Positions 19,894 to 31,137 of a DNA stretch of 64,000 nucleotides are shown here, one piece after another (the first letter of the stretch is position 1; every line of letters begins with the position of its first letter). The notes under the pieces are model-generated. The model was not told the origin of the DNA, made no database searches, and worked only from the letters and a program-made list of their open reading frames with translations. The translations under genes and the position numbers were made by a program. This stretch comes from Coleofasciculus sp. B1-GNL1-01. GTDB taxonomy: Bacteria; Cyanobacteriota; Cyanobacteriia; Cyanobacteriales; Coleofasciculaceae. The DNA lies in assembly GCA_040220235.1 (NCBI GenBank), contig JAVJTO010000051.1, one strand, 5' to 3'.

Positions 19894-20431
19894 GCGCACG
19901 TCGGTGCGCCCCTACGATTCTAATCTACCAATTAAGGTGTGCTACTCCACTAGCCATTGTCTACTTATTATAAAAATCGGACTATACGCCAAGCCTCTAT
20001 TCGTAGTGGACTGACCCAGCTAAAATAGGACTTTGTTTGTAGTGAGAATTTTAGTTCTCTAACGCCTAGCTGGAGAGGGCTGAAGCCCTCACTACGAACC
20101 CAATCTATTGCACAATTTTAGCTGCGTCACGCCAGTAGGGTGTGTTAGCGTAGCGTAACGCACCTTTACCCCCACAAGTGGTGTAGCTGCGTAAGTCCTG
20201 AAAAATAATCTTTGATGGTCAGAATTTGATTTTTTAACAGTTCGCCATGAACGTTTTACCTACTCGGTGCAACCCTATAAGAGTTGGAAGGTTTTATCAG
20301 AATTGATTCATCCTGCTAGTCGAATAGCACAATGAATCAAAACTAAATATTGTTTAATTTTATTAAAATAAAACCCAAAACACTCAGAATAAGCGAAACT
20401 ATCAAGCATACGATTACAGGGTGTTGAACCA

Positions 20432-23400
20432 ATGAAATCAGCTCGGTTATGCTGGCGTTGCTTATCCGTCTTGCTGTCTTTGTGCCAAGGTATACTTTTG
20501 GGTATCGCTTCACTGGTGGTTAATTCTCCAGTCTTGGCACAATCAATAACTCCAGCAGCCGATGGTACAGGCACAATTGTCACACCGGATGGGAACCGCA
20601 TCGACATTTCCGGTGGGAGTCTGTCGGCTGATGGCAAAAACCTCTTCCACAGTTTCCAGCAGTTTGGCTTAAATCCCGAAGAAGTCGCTAACTTTTTAGC
20701 CAATCCAGATTTAAACAATATCCTCAGTCGCGTCACAGGCGGTGACGCTTCTGTAATAAACGGGTTAATTCAGGTAACAGGCGGCAATAATACTAACTTA
20801 TATATCATGAATCCGGCGGGGATTATTTTGGGTCCACATACCCAACTCAATGTCCCCGGTGACTTTACCGCCACCACCGCCGACGCCATTGGATTTGGCG
20901 ATGGTAATTGGTTTAATGCTATTGGCGAGAATGATTATCAGAACTTAGTCGGCACACCTAACCAATTTGCCTTTGATGGAACAGAAGCGGGAAGTATTGT
21001 TAATGCAGGGGATTTAGCCGTATCAGACGGGAAAAACTTAACCCTACTGGCTGGCAATGTCGTTAACACCGGGACACTCACCGCACCAGGGGGAAGTATT
21101 ACTGTTGCAGCCGTTCCCGGTTCCAATTTAGTCAAAATTTCTCGTCCTGGGGGATTATTGTCTCTGGAAGTTGAACCCCCCAGAACTCCGGATGGTGAAC
21201 TATTGCCAGTTCAGCCAGGGGATTTAGCCGAATTATTAACGGGTTCGGGTGAGGAAGTTGAAACAGGCGTCGAGGTTAACCAATCAGGGGATGTACAACT
21301 GGCAGAGACTGGAGTCACCTTACCACAAGAGACAGGCTTAGCTATTATATCCGGTAAAATTGATGCTTCTCACACAGAGGCTGTAGGGGAACCCAGCCTT
21401 GCACCCTCATCCTCAACCGGAGGTGAGATTAATGTTATTGGCGATAGAGTAGGTCTAATTGCCGCCAACGTAGACGCATCAGGAACCCATGGTGGTGGGA
21501 TAGTCCAAATAGGAGGCGCTTATCAGGGACAAGGAACGATACCCAACGCCTCAAGAACCTATGTCAGCCCAGATTCAGAGATTAAGGCTGATGCTATCAC
21601 CAATGGAGAAGGTGGAGAAGTCGTAACGTGGTCAAATAACGCTACCCGATTCTACGGCACAATTAGCGCCCAAGGTGGAACAGAAGCAGGAGATGGTGGA
21701 AAAGTTGAAGTATCCGGAAAAGAGTTTTTAGACTATAACGGCAGTGTAAATACCCTAGCGCCTAACGGAAATATCGGCACATTATTATTAGACCCAACCA
21801 ATATAGAAGTGGTTACGGGTAATGGTGACGAGTTTGCAGACGGTTTAGACGATGTAGATAATTCAAATGACCCTAACCTTCCTAATCCTGCAACTCCTCC
21901 AAATAATTCTACTATTGCCAAGATCGATCCAAGTTTAATCAATAGCGCGACCAGCAATGTGACTCTACAAGCTAGCAATAATATTACCTTTACCAATGCC
22001 GTTAATATGACAGGAAACGGCGTGGGACTAACGGCTGACGCTGGAAACCGAATTGAAGTCAATGCCGATATCTCCACAACCAATGGTGCGATTGAACTCA
22101 ACACCAATAACGGCACAGGCGGGATTGTATTAAACGCCAACTTGAATGCCGGAACCAGCACAGTTACCCTAAATTCTTTCAATGGAGCCATTACCCGTGC
22201 AGGGGGAGTAATTACAGCCAATACCCTTGATGCCACAGCCACAGCATTTGGTACAAATGAGAACCCCATTCAAACCGATGTTAAGGAATTGAGTGTAGAT
22301 ACTTCTACTGCCCAAGGGAACCAGTTCATCAGCGAGACAGATGGACTAACAAAATTGGATCTCAACGCCGGACTGAATGGGGGTGAGATTGCCCTCACCA
22401 GTAGTGGTGCAATTACCGACGATGATGGTTCTCGCGATATCCTTGCTGGTTCACTATCTGTGCAGATTAGCGGGACAGGCAATTTTGGTAGTCAACAACG
22501 GGCGATTCGCGCTAACGTCAACGATTTGACCGTGGATACATCGGCAGAAGGGGGCAGTCAATTTATTGAGCTCAGAAGCGGTGTAACTCAACTCAATCTC
22601 GAAGCTGGAGAGGGCGATATAACTCTCAGCGTCAATGAATCAATTACAGACAATGACGCTGACACAGACATCACAGCCAATGCCGCTAATCTAACTCTAG
22701 CTCCTGATGATCCAGATGATGAAAATGCCCCAGAGACCAACTTAGGTACTCTAGATGACCCAATTCAAACCGATGTTAAGGAATTGAGTGTAGACACTTC
22801 CGCAACCCAAGATGACCAATTTATCAGCGAGGAAGATGGACTAACAAAATTGGATCTCAACGCCGGACTGAATGGGGGTGAGATTGCCCTCACCAGTAGT
22901 GGTGCAATTACCGACGATGATGGTTCTCGCGATATCCTTGCTGGTTCACTATCTGTGCAGATTAGTGGGACAGGCAATTTTGGCAGTCAACAACGGGCGA
23001 TTCGCGCTAACGTCAGCGACTTGACCGTGGATACATCGGCAGAAGGGGGTAGTCAGTTTATTGACCTGAGGAGTTCTATCACAAAACTGGATCTCAACGC
23101 CGGATTTAATGGGGGTGAGATTGCCCTCACCAGTGGTGGAGCAATTACGGACAATGATGGTGCTCGCGATATCCTCGCCGATACACTGTCTGTGCAGATT
23201 AGCGGGACAGGAAATTTTGGCAGTCAACAACGGGCGATTCGCGCTAACGTCAACGATTTGACCGTGGATACATCGGCAGAAGGGGGCAGTCAGTTTGTTG
23301 AACTTAGAAGTGGTGTAACTCAACTCAATCTCGAAGCCGGAGAGGGCGATATAGCTCTTACCGTTAATGAGTCAATCACGGACAATGACCCTGACATAGA

Positions 23401-26400
23401 TATCACAGCCAATGTCGCTAACCTGATTTTATCTCCTGATGATCCAGATGATGAAAATGCCCCAGAGACTAACTTGGGTACTCAAACTAACCCGATTCAA
23501 ACTGATGTTAATGAGTTGAGTGTAGACACTTCAACTGCCCAAGGTGACCAGTTCATCAGCGAGGAAGATGGACTAACAAAACTGGATCTCAACGCCGGAC
23601 TGAATGGGGGTGAGATTGCTCTCACTAGTGGTGGTGCAATTACCGACGATGATGGTTCTCGCGACATCCTTGCTGGTCCACTATCTGTGCAGATTAGTGG
23701 GACAGGCAATTTTGGCAGTCAACAACGGGCGATTCGCGCTAACGTCAGCGATTTGACCGTGGATACATCAGGGGGTAATCAATTTATTGACCTGAGAAGT
23801 TCTGTTAGTGCGCTAAATGTGAATACCAATGGTGGCAATGTCGCTCTTATCATAGATGGCGAAATGACTGATACCGCCAATGCTGCCATTATCAATAGTA
23901 ACGGCGGTAATATTTCCGTGACGGCGGATGATATTGACCTGGCTGCTAGTAGTGACTCAACGATTGATGCTGATACGGGAAATATAACTCTCCAACCCAA
24001 TGGCAACACGACAATTGGTATCGGAACTGGTGCAACGGGGAATTTCCATCTCGACACCACAGAATTGACAGAGAAACTCAACTCCTCTGGTATCGTTACC
24101 ATTGGTGGGGGAAATGGAGCCATTGAAATTAACTCAGATACAACAGAACTTGACCTGAGTGGAGAAACCTTTAACCTAAGTATCAGTGGCGGCAATCTTA
24201 CCTTCACGAAGCCTCTAATTTTGCGTGATAATGGCACATTGACCTTAAATACCAGAAGAGTTACCCCCACTGCCACAGGTTCAACCATCACGATAGGTGG
24301 GAACGGAACATTGGCACTGAACACATCCGGTGCAGTGGGTACAAATGCTCAACCATTAACAACAGCGATTATTCAATTAGCAGCAGATTCAACTAACAAT
24401 ATTTTTATCCAAAATAATGCCGCACTAGATTTGGGAACTTCTACTATTAATGGCACATTGGATGTCATGGCTGATGGTGCGATTACCAATAGTGGTCAAT
24501 TGGAGATCAGCGGCATCACCACCCTAGCAGCAGGAACCGCTAACAATATCACCCTAGACAATAGTGAAAACAACTTAAGTACAATTGCCATAACCAGTGG
24601 GAATAATGTCACCCTACAAGACAAAAATGCCATAGATTTAGGAACTTCTGACATAGAGGGCACCCTAAACGTCACAGCCAACGGAGAAATCACCAACAGT
24701 GGTCCATTGGAAGTCAGCGGCATCACCACCCTAGCCGCAGGAGTGGCTAACAATATTACCCTGAATAATGCTGACAACGACTTGAGTACAATTGCCATAA
24801 GCAGTGGCAATAATGTCACCCTACAAGACAAAAATGACATAGTTCTAGGAACTTCAGACATAGAGGGTGCCCTAAACGTCACAGCCAACGGAGAAATTAC
24901 CAACAGTGGCGCTCTCAATGTAATGGGTGATGCAAGCTTTGAAACAACTTTAGCAAACGCTGGCAATGTTCTCATCACCAACAGTAACCCAAATGGCACA
25001 GTTATAGGTGATTCCCTGATTGGCGGTGACTTCACCCTCAACTCAACTGGGGATGTCAATCAAACAGGAGCGCTGAAAGTAGCAGGAACGCCTCAGGTTA
25101 ACGATGCACCCACAGTCACCCTAACTAATGCAAATAATGTCCTACCTTTACTGACAACTTCTAACGGAGATGTAATCATCAGCAAAGTCGGTTCCATTGA
25201 GTTAGGAACTGAACCTGCAACTCAAAATGTGAGTGGGAATCTGACGGTGATAAGTCAGGCTGAAGGAGAGGAATTTATTGGAACACCATTAACAACAGTA
25301 AATGCTATTACTCTCGATCAACCCGGAAACTCTTTTGAGGGTAAGGTGAGCTTGACTACGGCTGCTCCTAATTTACAAAATGTTACAGGCACTCCAGGTA
25401 TTACTCAAAGTGTTCCAATTTCAGTGTCAGGAACAACGACCCTGAACGCGACGGAGAATGGCAATATCACCCTAGACAATAGTGAAAATGACTTAAGTAC
25501 AATTGCCATAAGCAGTGGCAATAATGTTACCCTACAAGACAAAAATGCCATAGACCTAGGAACTTCAGACATAGAGGGTCAACTAACGGTAACAGCCAAC
25601 GGAGAAATTACCAACAGTGGTCAATTGCAAATCAGCGGCATCACCGCCCTAGCCGCAGGAGCAGAGAACAATATCACCCTGAATAATGCTAACAATGACT
25701 TAAATACAGTTTCCATAAGCAGTGGAAATAATGTCACCCTACAAGATCAAAATGCCATAGATTTAGGCAGTTCAGACATTAAGGGTACCCTAGACGTCAC
25801 AGCCAACGGAGAAATTACCAACAGTGGTCAATTAGAAGTAAGCGGCACCACCACCCTAGCGGCAGGAGCGGCTAACAATATCACCCTGAATAATGCTGAC
25901 AACGACTTAAATACAGTTGCCATAACCAGTGGAAATAATGTCACCCTACAAGACCAAAATGCTATAGATTTAGGCAATTCTGACATTGAGGGTCAACTAA
26001 ACGTCACAGCCAACGGAGAAATTACCAACAGTGGTCAATTGCAAGTCAGCGGCATCACCACCCTAGCCGCAGGACTGGCTAACAATATTACCCTGAATAA
26101 TGCTAACAACGACTTAAGTACAATTGCCATAAGCAGTGGAAATAATGTCACCCTACAAGATCAAAATGCCATAGACCTAGGAACTTCAGACATTGAGGGT
26201 CAACTAAACGTCATAGCCAACGGAGAAATTACCAACAGTGGTCAATTGCAAATCAGCGGCATCACCACCCTAGCTGCCGGAACCCCTAACAATATTACCC
26301 TGAATAATGCTGACAATAACTTCAACACAGTCGCCGTTAGCAGTGCCAGAAACGTTACCCTCAACGACACCAATACCATCCAACTGTCATCTTTAACAAT

Positions 26401-29257
26401 TAACGGCAGGTTAGACGTAAATTCAAGTAACACGAGCCTTATCGGAAACATCACCACAGGAAACAACCTTACCTTTAATAGTCCAGTCACTCTAGACAAC
26501 GATGTGACCTTAGATGCTGGACTAACCACTCTGTCTTTTGCCTCCGGCTTAAATGCCAATGGTCACTCATTAACTTTAAAAGCCAGTGAAATTAATAATT
26601 CAGATGCAATCACAAACGGTAATCTCCTTACCTTACAACCTGCCACATCTAACCAAGCCATCACCATTGGCGCAACCAATAACAACACCGCCGCTTTAGA
26701 CTTGACAACCAGTGAATTAAATGCATTCCAATCCAACTTTAATACCCTAACCATCGGACAAGGAAACACAAACCCTGTCACCATCAACCCCATTACATTT
26801 AACAAACCAGTCACCATTCAAGGCGGAACCATTGATGTCAACGGCAGCATAACCGGGTCAGGGAACGCCTCGATTACCCTCAACAGTGCCACCACAAACC
26901 TGAACGCTACCATCGCCACCGATAACCAGACCATTACGATTACAGGGAACACCAATCTGGGAAATTCTGTCCTCCTGAATACCAACAATGGTGCAGGTAA
27001 TATCAATCTTAACGGCGCAATTAATGGCACTCAGACACTCACCCTTGATGCTGGGACAGGTAACATTAACGCCACAGGAAACATCGGTAACATCACTCCC
27101 TTAAATAGCCTGACGATTAATCGTGCTAACACTGTTACCACCCAAAATATTATAGCCACCACCGTTACCGTTACCGCCAATCAAACCATTAATACCGCCA
27201 ACATCAATACCAGTTCAACCCTCAATCCCGGTGGAGACATTACCCTAACCAGCAATAATGGCGTGATTACCACCAACAACCTAACCAGTTCTGGAACCAG
27301 TGGCGGTGATATTTTTATCCAAGCCTTGAACTCAATGACTTTGGGTGAAATTAATAGTAGTGGTAGTTCTGGTGATGGCGGTGATGTTACCCTTGACCCC
27401 ATTGGTGATATTGAAGTCAGTTTTATTAACGCTGAAGGGGGTAACAATGGCAAAGGCGGAAACATTGATATTACCGCAGGTCAATTTTTCCGCGCCACAG
27501 ATACCTTTACAGATGCTAACGGTGAAGAGGTTAGCATTTCTAGCGCGGGTGGGAATGATAATGGTAGTATTACGATTCGCCATGGGGGTAACAGCGAGAC
27601 TCCCTTTATTATTGGTGATGCCACAACCAATGGTACAGTTGGTGCAATTACCGATGGTGATATTACCCTCCTTCCCACCCAATCCTTGCTGTTTACCCAA
27701 ATAGACGGCGACATCGAAATTCTTAGTGTTGATGCACCGACAATTCCCGAAGAAGAACCTGTGGATGATTCACCGATGACACCTGTGGATGAGTCTCAAA
27801 TCAATCCCGTTGATGTCATCCAACCCACTGAAGTTAGCGAACTTCCCGAAGAAGATAACAATCAATTAACCGAAGACGAAGACACCAGCAAACCCGCCGA
27901 ATCAGCATCGGTTCCCACCACCACCAACACCACCACAACCCCAGCCGCCGAAACGGAAGTCGCTCAACAAGAAGGCAACCTCACCAATGCCTATGAAAGT
28001 CATCTCGGAGTTAGAAATACCCGCACCATCACCCCTCAAGAAACCAAAGCCCAGCTTAATCAAATTGAACAACTTACTGGCATCAAACCTGCCCTAATTT
28101 ACGCCTTCTTCAAACCCCAAACCCCCACTCCCGAAAAACCCAATCCCAAAGACGACATCCTCTGGCAATTTAATGCTTCCACGCCTCAACACCAACAATT
28201 TTCAACGAACCCCAATCCCCAACCCACTGACCAACTCGAACTCGTCCTGGTTACCGCTTCTGGAGACATCATTCGTCGTCCGGTTCCCGGTGCAACCCGA
28301 GAGAAAGTCCTGCAACAAGTACAACAATTACGTCGCGCTGTCACCAATGTTCGCATTCCTCGCCCCTATAAATCCTCAGCGCAACAACTTTATAATTGGT
28401 TAATTTCCCCCATCGAAACTGAATTACAAGCCCAAGGAATTAATAATCTTAGCTTTGTGATGGATAGAGGCTTGCGTTCCCTCCCCATCGCCACACTCTA
28501 TGACGGAAATCAATTTATTATCGAGAACTATAGCGTCGGGTTAATGCCCAGTTTTAGCCTCACTGATACCCGATATGTAGATATCCGAGATGCTAATATT
28601 TTAGCCATGGGCGCTTCTCGATTTAAGGAACAAGACCCCTTACCTGCTGTCCCCCAAGAATTATCCTTGATTACCAATCAGTTGTGGTCAGGGGAATCCT
28701 TTCTGAACCAAAACTTCACCCTAGATAATCTCAAAGAAGCCCGCGCTAATCAACCCTTTGGCATTCTCCATCTCGCTACCCATGGAGAGTTTAAAGCAGG
28801 TAAACCTAGTAACTCCTATATTCAGTTTTGGAATACCCGATTAACCCTCGACAAATTGCGAGAGTTACAATTAGATAATCCCCCAGTTGAACTGATGGTA
28901 TTAAGTGCCTGTCGTTCAGCCTTAGGGGATGAACAAGCCGAGTTAGGCTTTACCGGATTAGCCGTACAAGCGGGGGTAAAATCAGCGCTAGGTAGCCTCT
29001 GGTATGTCAGCGATACCGGGACATTAGGACTGATGACCACATTTTATCAACAGTTAAAACAAGCCCCGATTAAAGCTGAAGCCTTGCGACAGGCACAATT
29101 GGCAATGATGCGGGGGGAAGTGCAGTTAGACGGCGATGAATTAGTCACACCATCGGCTAGGATTTCTTTACCTGAGGAATTACTCAACCAGGGAAATATT
29201 AATTTAACTCATCCCTATTATTGGAGTGCGTTTACTTTAGTCGGAAATCCGTGGTAG
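20432..29257 (+). CDS. filamentous haemagglutinin (TPS domain) + C-terminal CHAT domain protein
   Basis: NLFHSFQQF and NPAGI TPS motifs; long internal repeats; CHAT HLATHG and VLSAC. Confidence 0.92.
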   Translation: MKSARLCWRCLSVLLSLCQGILLGIASLVVNSPVLAQSITPAADGTGTIVTPDGNRIDISGGSLSADGKNLFHSFQQFGLNPEEVANFLANPDLNNILSRVTGGDASVINGLIQVTGGNNTNLYIMNPAGIILGPHTQLNVPGDFTATTADAIGFGDGNWFNAIGENDYQNLVGTPNQFAFDGTEAGSIVNAGDLAVSDGKNLTLLAGNVVNTGTLTAPGGSITVAAVPGSNLVKISRPGGLLSLEVEPPRTPDGELLPVQPGDLAELLTGSGEEVETGVEVNQSGDVQLAETGVTLPQETGLAIISGKIDASHTEAVGEPSLAPSSSTGGEINVIGDRVGLIAANVDASGTHGGGIVQIGGAYQGQGTIPNASRTYVSPDSEIKADAITNGEGGEVVTWSNNATRFYGTISAQGGTEAGDGGKVEVSGKEFLDYNGSVNTLAPNGNIGTLLLDPTNIEVVTGNGDEFADGLDDVDNSNDPNLPNPATPPNNSTIAKIDPSLINSATSNVTLQASNNITFTNAVNMTGNGVGLTADAGNRIEVNADISTTNGAIELNTNNGTGGIVLNANLNAGTSTVTLNSFNGAITRAGGVITANTLDATATAFGTNENPIQTDVKELSVDTSTAQGNQFISETDGLTKLDLNAGLNGGEIALTSSGAITDDDGSRDILAGSLSVQISGTGNFGSQQRAIRANVNDLTVDTSAEGGSQFIELRSGVTQLNLEAGEGDITLSVNESITDNDADTDITANAANLTLAPDDPDDENAPETNLGTLDDPIQTDVKELSVDTSATQDDQFISEEDGLTKLDLNAGLNGGEIALTSSGAITDDDGSRDILAGSLSVQISGTGNFGSQQRAIRANVSDLTVDTSAEGGSQFIDLRSSITKLDLNAGFNGGEIALTSGGAITDNDGARDILADTLSVQISGTGNFGSQQRAIRANVNDLTVDTSAEGGSQFVELRSGVTQLNLEAGEGDIALTVNESITDNDPDIDITANVANLILSPDDPDDENAPETNLGTQTNPIQTDVNELSVDTSTAQGDQFISEEDGLTKLDLNAGLNGGEIALTSGGAITDDDGSRDILAGPLSVQISGTGNFGSQQRAIRANVSDLTVDTSGGNQFIDLRSSVSALNVNTNGGNVALIIDGEMTDTANAAIINSNGGNISVTADDIDLAASSDSTIDADTGNITLQPNGNTTIGIGTGATGNFHLDTTELTEKLNSSGIVTIGGGNGAIEINSDTTELDLSGETFNLSISGGNLTFTKPLILRDNGTLTLNTRRVTPTATGSTITIGGNGTLALNTSGAVGTNAQPLTTAIIQLAADSTNNIFIQNNAALDLGTSTINGTLDVMADGAITNSGQLEISGITTLAAGTANNITLDNSENNLSTIAITSGNNVTLQDKNAIDLGTSDIEGTLNVTANGEITNSGPLEVSGITTLAAGVANNITLNNADNDLSTIAISSGNNVTLQDKNDIVLGTSDIEGALNVTANGEITNSGALNVMGDASFETTLANAGNVLITNSNPNGTVIGDSLIGGDFTLNSTGDVNQTGALKVAGTPQVNDAPTVTLTNANNVLPLLTTSNGDVIISKVGSIELGTEPATQNVSGNLTVISQAEGEEFIGTPLTTVNAITLDQPGNSFEGKVSLTTAAPNLQNVTGTPGITQSVPISVSGTTTLNATENGNITLDNSENDLSTIAISSGNNVTLQDKNAIDLGTSDIEGQLTVTANGEITNSGQLQISGITALAAGAENNITLNNANNDLNTVSISSGNNVTLQDQNAIDLGSSDIKGTLDVTANGEITNSGQLEVSGTTTLAAGAANNITLNNADNDLNTVAITSGNNVTLQDQNAIDLGNSDIEGQLNVTANGEITNSGQLQVSGITTLAAGLANNITLNNANNDLSTIAISSGNNVTLQDQNAIDLGTSDIEGQLNVIANGEITNSGQLQISGITTLAAGTPNNITLNNADNNFNTVAVSSARNVTLNDTNTIQLSSLTINGRLDVNSSNTSLIGNITTGNNLTFNSPVTLDNDVTLDAGLTTLSFASGLNANGHSLTLKASEINNSDAITNGNLLTLQPATSNQAITIGATNNNTAALDLTTSELNAFQSNFNTLTIGQGNTNPVTINPITFNKPVTIQGGTIDVNGSITGSGNASITLNSATTNLNATIATDNQTITITGNTNLGNSVLLNTNNGAGNINLNGAINGTQTLTLDAGTGNINATGNIGNITPLNSLTINRANTVTTQNIIATTVTVTANQTINTANINTSSTLNPGGDITLTSNNGVITTNNLTSSGTSGGDIFIQALNSMTLGEINSSGSSGDGGDVTLDPIGDIEVSFINAEGGNNGKGGNIDITAGQFFRATDTFTDANGEEVSISSAGGNDNGSITIRHGGNSETPFIIGDATTNGTVGAITDGDITLLPTQSLLFTQIDGDIEILSVDAPTIPEEEPVDDSPMTPVDESQINPVDVIQPTEVSELPEEDNNQLTEDEDTSKPAESASVPTTTNTTTTPAAETEVAQQEGNLTNAYESHLGVRNTRTITPQETKAQLNQIEQLTGIKPALIYAFFKPQTPTPEKPNPKDDILWQFNASTPQHQQFSTNPNPQPTDQLELVLVTASGDIIRRPVPGATREKVLQQVQQLRRAVTNVRIPRPYKSSAQQLYNWLISPIETELQAQGINNLSFVMDRGLRSLPIATLYDGNQFIIENYSVGLMPSFSLTDTRYVDIRDANILAMGASRFKEQDPLPAVPQELSLITNQLWSGESFLNQNFTLDNLKEARANQPFGILHLATHGEFKAGKPSNSYIQFWNTRLTLDKLRELQLDNPPVELMVLSACRSALGDEQAELGFTGLAVQAGVKSALGSLWYVSDTGTLGLMTTFYQQLKQAPIKAEALRQAQLAMMRGEVQLDGDELVTPSARISLPEELLNQGNINLTHPYYWSAFTLVGNPW

Positions 29258-29321
29258 TTAAGAGAAAAAACACAACCAATTAGTTATAAGTAGGTTGATG
29301 GAAATAAACTCAACTCTATTC

Positions 29322-29456
29322 AGTTATAGCACTACGCAGATACGTTAGGACAAATCAAGAAAAATTCAAAATCGCTCAATCCCTTGTAAGGTAAGCTTTT
29401 TTCTTCACTATTGCCTATTGCCTATTGCCTATTTCCTGGCGCGTAGCGCTATAACT
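29322..29456. repeat. short inverted-repeat-bounded element containing CTATTGC repeats
   Basis: AGTTATAGCACTACGC and GCGTAGCGCTATAACT (15/16 inverted match). Confidence 0.6.
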
Positions 29457-30726
29457 AAAACTGCCCATTCCCCTGAACCACCTGTTTGAGTGTGGTTAAT
29501 GTCTCCAGAGTAATCATCCCGCGACGATACCCTTTCTGATTGGACATCCCCAGAAACACCGAGTCCCCACGTTTGGGATTGCGGGAAAATCTCGGTGAGG
29601 AATTGAGATAAATCGAAGCACTATCCACTTTGAGGGAGAATTGGCGACTTTCTAGGTAAGATTCAGTCACTACACAGTCAGCGTGGCGGCTACTGTATTG
29701 ATTAATCCACGCGATCGCGTCTTCGGTGCTATCGACTAATTTAAAGGCAACAACCTTATCTAAATACGGTTGACTCCATTCTGATTCAGACGCTAAAGTC
29801 AATTGATCGGGAAACTTTGCCACCAACTCAGCATCGGCTTTGAGTTTGAAGCCCTTGTCGCTCAAACTCTTACAGAGATTCATTAACGAAGATGGCTTTT
29901 GATTACGATGGATCAAGACTTTTTCGATCGCATTCACTGGATCAGGGATACTGGCGTGGCTGTCTAAAATAATCGATCGCACTCCATCCCAAGTCCCTGA
30001 TGCCGACCAATAGAGATAGCAGTTCCCCATCGCTGATCTTAAAACGGGTACCGTTGCTTGTTGCAAGACTTGCTGCACTAGCGTCGGGCGTCCATAAGGA
30101 ATCACCAAGTTTAAATAGTCATCCCGTGTGACTAAATCTCGCATAGAAGCCCCCTGTTCTGAAGGGAACAATTCCAAACAACCTGAGGGTAAACCCGCCT
30201 CGTCTAAGGCGTTCTGTAATGCTTGGACAATCACTTGATTCGATTGACTGGCTTCGCTACTTCCTTTTAATATCAAACTGTTTCCGGTTTTAATACAAAA
30301 ACCAGCCGCGATCGCACCTAACTCAGGGAACGCCTCATAAATTAAGGCAATCACGCCCAACGGCATCATTTGACAATAGGTTTGAGAATGGTCAAGTTGA
30401 TAAGACGCATTCATCACCCGACGAATCGGATCAGATAATTCCCCAATCCGCTGCAAAATCCCAATCGCAATCTGAAGTCGTTCTGGCGTTAGCTTCAGCC
30501 AGTCTAATACCAAATCAGGAACTGCCATTTCTCGACTGGCTTCCAAGTCCATGGTATTGGCATCCAAAATATCATCAAACGCATTTTGCAGGGCTTTTAC
30601 CATTGCTTGAACGCCACGCGATCGTTCAACTCCTTTTGTGGTTGCCAACACCACAGATGCCCGATATGATCTGGCAATCACAGGGTTGGACTGAGGCGTA
30701 GGATCAGAGGCTTCCATATCCATCAT
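29455..30726 (-). CDS. proA: gamma-glutamyl phosphate reductase paralog (ProA-like)
   Basis: PLGVIALIYEAFP, KTGNSLILKG, NSSPRF motifs; the catalytic Cys position appears substituted. Confidence 0.8.
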   Translation of the reverse strand: MMDMEASDPTPQSNPVIARSYRASVVLATTKGVERSRGVQAMVKALQNAFDDILDANTMDLEASREMAVPDLVLDWLKLTPERLQIAIGILQRIGELSDPIRRVMNASYQLDHSQTYCQMMPLGVIALIYEAFPELGAIAAGFCIKTGNSLILKGSSEASQSNQVIVQALQNALDEAGLPSGCLELFPSEQGASMRDLVTRDDYLNLVIPYGRPTLVQQVLQQATVPVLRSAMGNCYLYWSASGTWDGVRSIILDSHASIPDPVNAIEKVLIHRNQKPSSLMNLCKSLSDKGFKLKADAELVAKFPDQLTLASESEWSQPYLDKVVAFKLVDSTEDAIAWINQYSSRHADCVVTESYLESRQFSLKVDSASIYLNSSPRFSRNPKRGDSVFLGMSNQKGYRRGMITLETLTTLKQVVQGNGQF

Positions 30727-31137
30727 TTACGAACGCCGATAAGCTAACCAAACCATAAGCGCTGGCAAGACGGCTAAAATCACTGCCAGTAATGCCCAAA
30801 GAATTATAGAAGGACCGGTTGGAGATTGCAGCGCTAGGGGTAACCAGACAATCAGCAAAACCAGCACGATTAAGAGGGCTACAGGTAGGTAGCTTTCCCC
30901 AAGATTCCCTTGGGTACTCACCCAGCGATGACCTGTCCAACGCCACGTTTTTTTGTAGGGATAAGTCGTCGATAATTGCTCGATTGTAAGCCCATTTTCT
31001 TCAAGAACGAAAATCTGCTGACAGCGATTACAGCCAAAGGCTTCTGTCAGGGTAATCGGCACTAAACACCCCCGCCGCCGACACGGGCAGGGATATTCCT
31101 TACTTAAATCTATCTTTTGAGCTTTCTGAGGTGGCAC
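30727..31137 (-). CDS. hypothetical Cys-motif membrane protein
   Basis: YPCPC...FGCNRC and two C-terminal TM helices. Confidence 0.8.
   Translation of the reverse strand: MPPQKAQKIDLSKEYPCPCRRRGCLVPITLTEAFGCNRCQQIFVLEENGLTIEQLSTTYPYKKTWRWTGHRWVSTQGNLGESYLPVALLIVLVLLIVWLPLALQSPTGPSIILWALLAVILAVLPALMVWLAYRRS

Noticed and set aside
20938..29040. Many antisense ORFs within the FHA-CHAT gene
   Set aside because: Shadow frames of a repetitive, codon-biased gene.
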